Assembly: GCA_973895155.1 (NCBI GenBank)
Contig: OZ316894.1
Coordinates: 25,542,709-25,606,708, forward strand
DNA length: 64,000 nt
DNA from: Marsupella aquatica
Taxonomy: Eukaryota; Plantae; Marchantiophyta
Direction of reading: 5' to 3'
Under the pieces are notes generated by a model, which saw nothing but the letters and a program-made list of their open reading frames with translations, searched no databases and was not told where the DNA came from. The position numbers were made by a program, and so were the translations under genes. Positions 40,801-52,259 of the stretch are shown here, piece after piece (the stretch's first letter is position 1; each line of letters opens with the position of its first letter).

Positions 40801-42525
40801 ATGGCCAGTTGCGAATCTCGACAAACTGCAAGACCGGCATCGCAGCGATCCGCATCAGTCGGCCACGATGTAGCAATCCAGAATGCAGCGACCAGTAAAC
40901 CTCATTCTAGTAAGCACACATCCAATATTCCCACGGTTCTGAATTCAGAAATTTTCTATATTCCAACAGACATTCTTCAGCTAGGCACAAGGAGGATTTT
41001 TGGGAATAAGGTGGTGCTTGGCTTCGAGTCCGAATTCAGTTCGCGACAAGCCAAGGATTGGATCTCGGCCTTCAATCAGGAGAACGAAATCAAACTGACT
41101 CTGCATGACGAGCTGGCTCATGCTCTTTTTGTAGTGCAATTTGACGCTAACGCAGGGGACCACATCAAGAAAAATCTTTTGAGTGCCTCCCCTATTAAAG
41201 CACTTGACAGATTTGCAGCCGTGAACGACTACACGCCAAGCTTCGACCCATGCAACGCCAAGGACTTCAAACATTTGGTAACTGTTTACATTCCACAAGG
41301 CAGTCCTGAGATTTATGAGTACATTAAATTCGTTGTGGCCCCCATCGGACGGTTCATACGCGCAAAGCAAGCACCAGGCACTGAAGGGCACCACATTTCA
41401 GCTATTGTTGAAACCACACTCAAAATCTTCCCAGCACACGGTAAGTTTCAACTTAGTCGCCCAGGTGTCACCACTGTTGCCTTTGATTACGGCGGCAGAA
41501 ATCTTCGATGCTGCTTTTGTTTCTCATACAGGCATTACGCAGCAAAGTGCACGCAGCCACGACCTGATATCTTCAAGGGCCACAAATTCCACTTCAACGC
41601 CCCAGGAGAAGATGCCCAACACCCTATCGCAACATCCACACAACAAAGAGTACGACTGGATGCGGTGGTGTTGCACGATTATCAGGAGAAGGTCCGTAAG
41701 GCCAGAGAGGAGGCGGATTACTGGAGGGTGCGAGCTGAAGAACAACATCAGAAGGAGGAACTGGACTTGCAACACCTAGCACATCAAGCGGCTACTCTGG
41801 AGAAAGAGAAGGTGGCAACGAGTGGTACTCACCCGTCATCCTCTGCCACGCACCGGTCCTCCAGTAATCACCACAGCAGATCTTCCCGGAAGAGGAATAG
41901 AGGAGCCGCCACCAAGTATCCTAGGAAACGCGACAACACTACAGACGATATATCTCGAGCAAGCAGGAGTCTGCAGGCTGTCCATTCCAACGAGAAAATT
42001 GGCAGTGTGGAACCTACGCACAGCAAATCTACTGTGCTCCCCATTGTGCAAATTGATACTACGTCTCCCAAACATACTCCAATCACCCACAGACGGCCCA
42101 GAAAAAAGGTGTGGGTGGTCCGGCCTACATAGGTCGGTGAATCTCCCATCTCACAGATTGCAAGGCCCCAAACAGTCGAGGTGGAGGTAACGTCTTCTAT
42201 TGCACCGGTGATTCATATTGAAAGAACGACATCCCCACCACCTCCTTTTGACAGGACAAACGTTACTATACGCAAACGTCCGCTTTCGAGAGAATCCTCT
42301 GCAACTGACTCAGACCCGCTGCCTCTCTCCTTGGGGGTCATACAGCCCCGTGCCAAAAGACCGCGCTTATTGGAACCTATACCTATAGGTACGCACTGCC
42401 ATAGAATCCCTCCGACTCCCGATGTGCAAACTAACAATTCTCACATACAACATGCGGGGCTTAGCCTCCCGGAGACGCAGACTTCGAGCCCATTTCATCT
42501 TGGAGGGGCTGCAACATATCCCTGA
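40801..42525 (+). pseudogene. LINE ORF1 (gag-like, CX2CX4HX4C zinc knuckle) with one in-frame TAG at 42130-42132
   Basis: CFCFSYRHYAAKC region; ORF 42181-42525 is in the same frame with no other stop between, and overlaps the ORF2 start. Confidence 0.8.
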
Positions 42526-45500
42526 CGTGGTGTGTATTCAGGAGCATAAACTGCATGCTCGCAGAATCTGCAAATTGCAAGAGGTTTGGAGATTTGCACA
42601 CTGGGTTTGTGCGCCTGCGGCGGATGGAGCCCACTCCATCCGAAATGATAACGTTTATGCTGGCCAGGGGGGTATAGCTCTTGCCATTACACCGGTGCTC
42701 CGTCAATTTGTCATTTTGGAGGGAGTGATTGACTCAGGGAGAGCTGCTTGGTGCTGCTTGGTGCATGACGGGCTGGGCAAGGTCGGTCTTCTTGGAATCT
42801 ATGCACCAAACTCGGCTAGGGAGAGGACAAACCTCTGGCGGGAGCTTTTCAATCGGCTGGACCCATTGTTCACCTGGATTCTTATGGGGGATTTTAATAT
42901 GATTGAACAATCTTTCGATCAGAGAGGGGGGCCAAGCACAACTATATCGGGCAGTGAAAGGCGAGCTTGGCGCCATCTCGTGAGGCGACTTCACCTAGTG
43001 GACTCATTCCAGGAGCAACAAGGACATCTCCGCTTCAGTTGGGATAATAAGAGAAGATTTCGCCATGCCCCTGCCATGCAACAACCACAAAACCTGGAAG
43101 GCCGAGTTCTGAGGAGGCTTGACAGAATTTATGCCTCCAGGGGGGGTTAGTGCTAAATTCGATATCTCTTCCACTATAATTCCTGGGATCCCCTTGTCGG
43201 ATCATGCCCCTGTCATTGCTTTGATCACCCCGGTGGTGCCTGTCAAGCGTCCCTCACAACACCGCATGAACGTCAGCCACCAGAAGCAGGCGGAGTACCG
43301 GGAGCGCATGGAAAGAATGTGGAAAGAGAGAGAGAGCTTTGTTGTAGGGGAGGTTTATCGGCAGCTAAGACTCTTGTTCATTGTCTGGGGAAGGCACGGA
43401 AGTTTGACAGAAGCTGGGGGAAAAGGAAGGCCCTGGAGAGACGCTTGCGGGAAACACAACTTCGTACATCGCTCACCCAGGCACAGCTTCAATTCGAGAG
43501 GGACCCACACATAGCTCAAAATCAAGATGCTCTGAAGGCGGCCGAAACATTGGTGCAGGAATTTGAGGCTGAGAAAGTCCAGTGGATGGACTACATTCTG
43601 CAGTCCCGGTGGATTGGCGATGGGGAAAAATGCTCCAAGCTTTTCTTCAGAACTTTCAAAGGATTGGCCATGAAAAACGAAATCACTCAACTTTTCACTA
43701 AGGAGAATCTGCTAGTCAGCGGTTGGGACGGGATGGCTGATACTGCCACTACTTTTTTCAAGGATATCTTGGGCCAATCTGCGGGTCCACAGTGGGAACA
43801 CATTGCAAGGGTTCTGGAGCTGCAAAAAACAAGAATCACAAGGGAGGACCAGGAGATGTTGAATGAGCCTTTCACGTTGGAGGAGCTTGGAAAGGCTGCG
43901 GCAGCGCTGGCGTGCAACAAATGCCCGGGTCCAGATGGGGTACCGGTGGAGTTTTTTGTGGCGCATTGGGACACTGTGGGTCCCTCTCTGCTTGGTGCGC
44001 TTACGCAAGAAATGGCTGAGGGGGTTTTCTCAAATGCGATTACTAGGGGATTCATTGTACTCCTACAGAAGAAGGATGATCAGCGGTACTTGACCAACAA
44101 AAGGCCCATTACTTTGCTGAATGTGGTTTACAAGATTGGCGCGAAGGCCTTTCAGCTACGTCTGATTCCAGTCCTACAAAGGTTCATCTCACCACAGCAA
44201 TTTGCCTTTCTACCAGGTCGGAATATTCACCATTCCTTGATGCTACTCAACGAAATGTTACACCATGCTCACGTCTCTGGCCTGGATTACATTCTGATGA
44301 AATTAGACGTAACCAAGGCTTTCGACAAACTTGAATGGCCTTTCTTGATGGCTCTCATGGGGAAAGTTGGCTTCGACGGGCTACTCATGAAATTTCTGGG
44401 AGCTACTCATGCCTCAGCATCCTCGGTAGTACTTCTCAATGGGAGAATGGCTTCACCCTTTGGTCTAGCCCGATCGGTCAGACAGGGATCGATGCCCCCT
44501 ATCACCTCTTTTGTTCCTTATTGCAATTGACGCCCTTAGCAGGATGATACAATGGGCGGTCGATAGGGGGACCATTCAGGGTGTTGACATTCAACCTGTA
44601 CGCGTACACAATGTGCACAATTTATATGCAGACGACTTGGCTATGCTCATTCGCGCTTTCATGGAGAATGTTGACAATTGTAAACAGATCTTGGACCGTT
44701 TTGGCTCGGCATCCGGACTCGTTTGCATCTGGGAGAAAACGCAAGCAGCATTTATTTCCCCACGTAGACTCCCGATCCAATTCAGGCGTTTGCCCTGGAG
44801 TTGGGAGACCGAAGCCACCGCCACTAAGCTCTTAGGAATTCCCGTGGCACAGAGTATCTCTGAAGAACAAATGGTGCTTTCCTTAGCGGAGAAGCTTGAA
44901 TCCAGACTAGACAAGGTCCATCGGAGTTCGGGGTCCCTTATTGCTCGTGTCACGGTCACTAACCATTTAGTCATGAGCACTCTTTGGTTTATGCTCACGG
45001 TCTGGATTGGGCAGCTGCACACCCTGGCTACACTTCAGAAGAAAATCACTGCCTTCGTGTGGGCAGGGCAGAACGAGAAGGCCCGATCGAGGGTTGCCTT
45101 TGCTACTATAACTCGACCGAAGCGGCTGGGGGGACTAGGACTCATCTCATTGGTGGCGCAATTCAGGGCATTGGCAGGCAATTTCATCACTTGGGCACTG
45201 GCCGAAGGGGATCACCCACTGCGTCGAATTCTACAGCACGAGATTAAACAACTCTCTAAGCAGAAATGGGGAGGGGAAGTATTCTCACACTGCCACACAT
45301 TGCCACACAATGGTTCAAAGGTTTGGACCAATGTTTGTACAGGGTGGAACGTCATCAAGAAGAACCTCCGTCCCACACCCCCTGCTCATTTAGAAGGATG
45401 GCATGATCTTCCTCTTTGGACCCAGCACATCAAGCACGTCCATGCTAATGCAGCCAAATGCCGTAGCAATCCACAGAGGAAAATCAGGAGGGCAGGATTT

Positions 45501-46706
45501 ATTTCCATGCAGGATGTCCTTGATGTACAGGGAAGTTTCATCGAATGGGAGACAGGTCCGAATTTGATACTCCCAGGGAATTGCGCCCGTGCCTACCGCA
45601 AGCTTATTGCCAACCTCAGGAGTGTACCAGAACTACATGGCGAGCCTGAGCAACTCGTTCCTATCTTTATGGAAGCCATCATGCCCTGTGGAACTCTGTT
45701 CATTTGGGAATACCAAATACAGCGGAATCGGGTCACAACCCAATGGCAGAGATTTAATGATACTTCACATCCACGGCAGACCTTCAAGGTGGCAAATGGA
45801 CTCCTCTACAAATCAGTCAACTCAACTCCCCCGATCGGTACCGTTATACACCGGGTTCTGGTGAGATCACATGGTAGAGCTCCCATTCTCAAGCAGCGGA
45901 TTGGCAGACCTCTGGGATCCCTTTCACCCCTGCTACAATATGAGTGGAAAGATGGGCTTCCCTTTCTGGACACCCACACTGCACATCTGAGGGAAATTCA
46001 AGGTACAACTTCTGGATCCCTTCACAAAGCGGTGCAGAAATGGGCCATCAGCTTGAACTGGAGACCGGATCCACTTACGCTATGGGCTGATACTTGGCTA
46101 CCTTTTCGGGCTGCTAGTGAAAATTGCTACTTGTGGCAGTTGATTTACAGGATCCCGGCAACACAACATTGGAGATTTCCGCGGCTACCACCCTCCGATT
46201 CCAGCACTTGGTGCACCCGGTGTGGACTGGATCAACAGGAAGACATACTTCACTGCATATGGAGTTGTCATCAGTCTCAGATCATTTGGAGATCGGTGGA
46301 ATGTGTTCTCCAGCTTTGTGCATTCTCTAGCCCGGGCAACTCAATTCGCCTTCAGCCCGCACACATTTTTGTTGGAGTGCCACTACCTGATGAGTGGGAT
46401 ACACCGGTAAAGCTTTGGCATACCCTACGGGCTATCATTTGTTGGAATGTGTGGAAGGACAGAAGCACACATTTTTTTGAACACATCAGACCTAACCCAC
46501 AGGGGGTTATTCGGAAATCCTGGCATCGACTCGGAATTTACCTCCGAAAGGACTGGGCACGACACAGAGTCCGCATTAGGGCTGGCAAGACCACCCCAAG
46601 AGAGGCCCGAAATGAGATGTCCTTTAACTACGGCACCTGGGTAGGCCTGTGGGAGATCCACGATGAAGCTCTCCAAGTTCCACCTGTCCCTCCACGTCCC
46701 CCGTGA
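42422..46706 (+). pseudogene. LINE ORF2 (APE endonuclease, reverse transcriptase, C-terminal zinc finger) with three frameshifts
   Basis: TYNMRGL, CIQEHK, IYAPN, MGDFN, LDRIY, SDHAPV; KCPGPDG, RPITLLNVVYKI, QFAFLPGR, KLDVTKAFD, VRQG(C)PLSP, LYADDL, LGGLGL; CTRC..EDILHCIWSC. Shifts at ~43140, ~43325 and ~44488. Confidence 0.92.
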
Positions 46707-47033
46707 ATCAAAATCTTATCTCAGGTTTGGAAGTTGCACTGCAGACTGACTGATTGAGCTCTTGCTCTCTCACGGACCCACTGGAAGGAACCCGGCCGGA
46801 ACCTGATCACTGGCCAGTCTTTAGGAGTTTGCTGCTCCGGCTGTAGTCTCTAAATTACTTGTTTAGGCGCCTTCCTTTTGGGGGCCAGCTTCTTCCCTGG
46901 TACCGGCCTCCCCGGTCTTAGCGCTTCGACCTTTGGTCCTTTGGGTTGGTGCCTTTTGGGCCCCCCTTTTTGTATGTTGACTTTTTGAATGGAATTCAAT
47001 TGGTTCTTTCAAGGCAAAAAAAAAGTAAGTGCC

Positions 47034-47430
47034 CACAACATCCATAAGATTCTGGTTGAATTTCCAGATTTCACAAGTGTTCTTTACACAACATCCATAA
47101 GATTCTGGTTGAATTTCCAGATTTCACAAGTGTTCTTTACACAATGGTTTGCGTGACACCATCAAAGTGTCAAATTTTCGTTAACCAAACACTATCATAT
47201 ATCAAAACAATCACTTACCAATAAATACATGTTATAAGTATCACACATTGTTCAACACAACTACTGTATGTATTACATTTCAATATTAAGATCTAAAACT
47301 AAAAACACAAAAGAGATCATACATCCACAAACTAATTCTACATTTTGGAGCTTGAGAGTTTCTAATTATTTAGATTTATAAACTAATTTTACATTTTGGA
47401 GCCTGAGAGTTTCTAATTATTTAGATTTAC
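47034..47430. repeat. Two short tandem duplications (~53 bp and ~51 bp) just 3' of the LINE
   Basis: cacaacatccataagattctggttgaatttccagatttcacaagtgttcttta twice; aaactaatt(c/t)tacattttggagc.tgagagtttctaattatttagattta twice. Confidence 0.8.
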
Positions 47431-47635
47431 ATCGGTTGGGGCATTTGGATAAAACAAAGAATTTGGATAGAACCAGATATATCACTAACAAAGTATTAAA
47501 ATGTAAATCTGTTTTCACCATTTATTTGTTGTTCTCAAATTTATTTTTCCATTTCTTGATCTTTTTACTGTTATCAGATATAACTTCCACATATAACTCT
47601 TCATGAGCAACAGTTTTGATAAATTGTTTATGGAA

Positions 47636-47920
47636 ATTTCCAACATGATCTACCTTTGCTTTATCAATGTCTATCTTGTGTCTAGTTCTATTTTGTCACT
47701 GTCAACCTTGTACCTACCTCTTCTTTATCATTGTCTATGTTGTGTCTAGCTCTAAAAATTCCAACATGGTCTACCTCTGCTTTATCATTGTCTATCTTGT
47801 GTCTAGTTCTGTTTTATCACTGTCGACCTTGTGCCTATCTCTGCTTTGTCATTGTCTATTTTGTGTCTAGCTCTATTTTGTCACTGTCGACCTTGTGCCT
47901 ACCTCTGCTTTGTCAGTGTC
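47636..47920. repeat. Degenerate ~60-bp minisatellite, about 4-5 units
   Basis: Recurring tacctctgcttt(a/g)tcattgtctat.ttgtgtctag.tct and cactgtc(a/g)accttgt. Confidence 0.75.
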
Positions 47921-48370
47921 AATCTGAGCTGAGCTTGTAGAAAACAAAGCTCCCTTTTGGCAAACATGCTTCCCTTGTGGGCCAACACACAAACTCCTCA
48001 GCAAAGGACGCTCACTTCTCCATGTTGTACCAGCTTCCAGGATTTTAAGTCAGATTGGGTAGAAAGTTTGACTATATACAGGACTCTGTTGCCTGCGCAG
48101 CTAATCAGCCCAACTGAGGACAGAGTACGCAAGTTTGTCTGGCCTAAGAACCGCCAAGTTGTCCATGAAATTGGACTTCACTCCCAATTTCAACTGCAAA
48201 GGTTCCAGAATTTCGTCGTCTGTCAAGAACAAACAGGAGTAATCATATCAAATAGACTACCAGCAAAACCTGTCAGCTCAGCTCTTAATCACAGGCAAGA
48301 CCAGATCCCTGCAATTGAAAAGCCCTCACCTGCTAGTAGCACCCCAGGTGTCCTCCGTGAAAAGAGCTGC

Positions 48371-51300
48371 TTAATTGCTTGTAGAGGCATAGCCTACATC
48401 CCATCTCCAAATAGAACCATCCTCACAGCAGCAAAGAATGGTGCTGTAATGTAACAAAAATTTCCAGCATGTGCAATTGACCGTGTCAGTATAGAGGGAA
48501 TAAAATACTCACCGAAGTTTTTCCAATAAACAGCCTCCTAAACATTTTGCAACTAATTATGACAGAAGTCTGACGACCATATGCTGTAGTCATCACAAAA
48601 GTCAAGATGAGGTTACAATTTCCCGTTGCATAGCTTGGGTGAGCAACAGAGGGCGGCGTGCAAATAAACTTGAGAAAATTACCTTCCATCAAATGAGGTA
48701 GCGGTTTGGCGGACTGGGGATTTGCATTGAGCATGAAACAACCTGCAAACGCAATAATCACCCCATGACTTGACTGTCCCCAACAGGACATAAGGCTCAT
48801 CGCATTCATTTACGTCTGCCAACCACATCAGAAGCTAAAATCATTGCGTACAATAAAAATCTCCTGCTTTCTCTTAGTTTGGGCATCCGTGAACTCACTT
48901 GGCTAGTAAATTCGGTGGACTTGACTGTGGCTCCCACACAAATACCTTTCCTTCTCGGTTACCTACAGAAAGAATGCTGAAGCAATTAGCAGACGTATTA
49001 TCAAGACAACTGGAATTTCATTAATGTCATGCTTATAGCATCTGAGCAGACATTAGGCATCTTTTTCCACACCTGCCATGAGTTGCAACAAAGGTGAAGA
49101 GACAATTCACGATGTCATACCAATTGCAAGAGTATTGAAATGAAAATCACAAGAAAACTTGATGAACCAAATATCACAATCTGGAACGGGATACTTCTGG
49201 AGTACATCTACAGCACCCTGAAACATAACAGACAGCACACTTTGACGTCACAGATGTCCCATGGGGAGTTTTGTAAAATTGTAAGAGCGGAATACAAAGA
49301 AAACTATTTTGATTTAATTTTAAAATGGGTGCAACTAATGTAAAGTTAAATGGGCCTGTTGAGAGGCAAGCGTCTCTACCATCACTAAATAATAGCAATG
49401 AATTACCTCAGTCCCACTGTGTTCCTTGAGCAGTGGCTCCCATACCACAATTTCATTGTCAACACTCTGATTCATGAAGAACAAGGAAACGTCAGTCTCC
49501 TCAAGGAAAAGTCTCACATTTTATAGGAAACGACACTCCTGCTCTCACCGATTGTCCAAAGAGTCTTCAATCTTTTCCAGAATTTGAATGCAATTGACAA
49601 ACTGGATCGTATACTCGATACTCTCCAACTTTTCACTCCTTTGACATCCGACAGCAATACAAAACAAACTAAATGATGTCTCCCATCCTTGGTTACTACC
49701 CTAAAGTTACTGAAGAAGTGCACCTTTGAAAGGATGAAATCACCAAGCCAACGAGTGCAGTCCACATAATTAGAATGAACCAACGCATTGAACACCTGCA
49801 CCTTACGTCCCGTAAATCAATATTTCTCAACCCATTGTTCCATTTACCAAATCCAGGTCATTGACTATGTCAAATCTTGATCAACCGAACAACCACTACG
49901 TCAGCTGGGGCAGATAAGTTTGTCACTGCTATTGAAAGACGGATCAGAAGTCAAAATAATCAAAGACGGAGATCTCACCGGAAACTGCACATACTTTGTG
50001 GGAAACTTTGAAGGTGACTCCGTCCATGTAAACGACATCTCAACGTACGTCCAAAAGTCTGGTAAGAGGCCAACCTTGTCAGAAGTGCAGATCTGTTGTC
50101 CATACAAGATGGACAAAGTAAAATCTATTTCTTTCTGATACGGTATACAGACTTCCACAAGACTTGATTACAACCTGGGAAGAATATAATAACAGCACAA
50201 ATATTCCTTTGGCATCACCTTTAATATTCCAGAGCTTTATAGTGTTGTCCATCCCACAGCTAGCAATTTGATGCACATCTGAAGGGTGGAAATCCTGTGA
50301 TACATAAAACCCAAGCAATGATTGACTTCAGATTCTTGCGTCTCCGACCTGCGATTAGAGGCTGTAAATAATCCTTGCTGGACTCGGTCAGTGGTTGAGA
50401 TGACAGTCATACGGAAGTTTGATAGCAAATTTATGAAGAGAGCTTACAGTAGCTCTAAATTTAGCTGAAGTTAAAATAACATACCACACTAAGAACTTCG
50501 TTACGATGGCCCCCAGCACCAGCCATTATGAGAATGCAGACATTTGTAGTCACATTCCAAAGTCGAATAGATTCATCCTATACATACCAGAATTCATGTT
50601 AGAAGTTGCAACTTGAGAACGTCCGTCTGAAGGAACAACATTGGTCGCGTGGATTAGAGCTTCGACGGTAAGAGATGAAGTGGCAACTCGAAATTCTGTA
50701 TGCACCCACATATCGAACAACATTCGAGATTGAGACGTAATACAGCTAAAACATTCAGGAGACACATCTAGATGATTCAGTCAGTGGGGCTCCAAGAATC
50801 AACCAATTACAAAGACAAAAAAGGTCTCAATCCTGCTAGAAAGTTGAAAATCTAATCAGTACAGACCAGGCACTTAGGGAAGAAAATATTACTTTGCTTG
50901 CCGAGATAACAAGGCATGGCTTCAAGGCTTGAGTCCTTAGCTCATTAACAGAGTCGCCATGGCCAACTAGGCTCTGCAAGTCAGCAACAACTGTAAGCTC
51001 CATTACAGCCATCGATTAACTCGAACGAAATTGAGAAACAGGGCAGGACGACAAGACATGCTGTAACGCGCCTGTTAGTTAACAATGTTCATACGTCTGT
51101 AACGCGCCTGTTGGTTAACAATGTTCATACGTCGACGTGATACTCCGAGGTGGCTTCTGATAAGAAATGACTGCATTTTCCAGATGTGTCGCGAATTACC
51201 TTCAGTAGTTTCTCCTTGGTGCAGTCGATGACGCGAATAACACCGTTGCTTCCACTGGCAACGAGCAGGGGTGATCCCTCGTTGTCACACGCCCAGGAAA

Positions 51301-52259
51301 CTGTGTAGAAAGACTCCTCTTTCTGCACGAGAAGCTTGGCTTAAATATCATCAGAATGATTAAACGATACCAAGTCGTCGAATCCCTCCCCGAGCCAATA
51401 ATTACAAATTAGGAAACTGTGTAGAAAGACTCCTCTTTCTGCACGATAAGCTTGGCTTAAATATCATCAGACTGATTAAACGATACCAAGTCGTCGAATC
51501 CCTCCCCGAGCCAATAATTACAAATTATGAATGATGCAGTAGATGGTGAACAAGACCAAGAAGCAATCGAGTTTCAACTATTGGTATGCAAAGTACTTGG
51601 GCAACTGTTGAACAGTATAAGTCACCTTGAGAGGAATCTATACCATGTAAAAACAGCTTAAAAGAAACGGGAATAATCTCAACACAACGACCGCCAATTT
51701 AATTCAAATGAGGGGTGAGATTGTGAAAGAGTATCTACATCTTCATCAACATAAGCCTGCAAGACTGCCACTGGACCTCCTTCTAAGCATTGATACACGG
51801 TCACCTGCAGAAAGAGACGATTCAGTCAGAAAATAACGAGCGGGTGTAAGAGAAGAAGGCTGGGAAGGAGATTTTTCTTTCATTTTCTGTTAGAGAGGAG
51901 GGAGGGAGCACAGTAAATTGAGCCGCTGACAGAGAATCAATTAGAGACAATGCACCGGCAAGTGCTTACGATTACGAACTGCACTAAAACTCTGTTTTGA
52001 AAACCGAATAGGTACGTAGCCGAATAACATTTTACAACAATTGACCGGTAGATCACGCGACAAAGAGACATACCCGATTGGAGCCTGCAGAAGCGAAAAT
52101 TGAGAAGAAGCGGGAATCTATAAAGTTGAAGGTTATGGCATACAATGGACGCTTGCCTTCCTGCAGCCTATTGGTCACCTTGTAATCCCGCTTCTTCTTC
52201 CCAACGACTGCCTGGCCTTCCACTGGCTCTCCCCCAAGCGGAGCTGACTTCCCTGCCAT
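48371..52259 (-). CDS. FIE: Polycomb PRC2 WD40 subunit FIE (ESC/EED ortholog), 376 aa; exons 52259-52074, 51804-51739, 51322-51200, 50973-50893, 50577-50485, 50294-50219, 50058-49979, 49795-49724, 49466-49407, 49217-49121, 48962-48899, 48742-48683, 48443-48371
   Basis: All 12 introns are GT-AG and in frame: [112 protein letters not shown]. Confidence 0.96.
51061..51132. repeat. 36-bp tandem duplication in FIE intron 3
   Basis: ctgtaacgcgcctgtt(a/g)gttaacaatgttcatacgt occurs twice. Confidence 0.85.
51295..51526. repeat. 116-bp tandem duplication spanning the FIE intron 2/exon 3 boundary
   Basis: Units 51295-51410 and 51411-51526 differ at only about 2 positions. Confidence 0.9.

Larger units (their letters stand above)
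40696..47020 (+). mobile_element. Full-length L1-type LINE retrotransposon (ORF1 + APE-RT-zinc finger ORF2), disrupted
   Basis: Perfect 13-bp TSD aaaagtaagtgcc at 40683-40695 and 47021-47033; short poly(A) from 47016; ORF1 and ORF2 motifs as listed below. Confidence 0.95.

Noticed and set aside
47957-48454. 165-aa ORF antisense to the FIE 3' end
   Set aside because: TTG start, no motifs, overlaps the last exon and 3' UTR; likely spurious.
17565-52259. H2A.Z and FIE as a chromatin gene cluster
   Set aside because: They are 30 kb apart with unrelated genes between; no evidence beyond chance.
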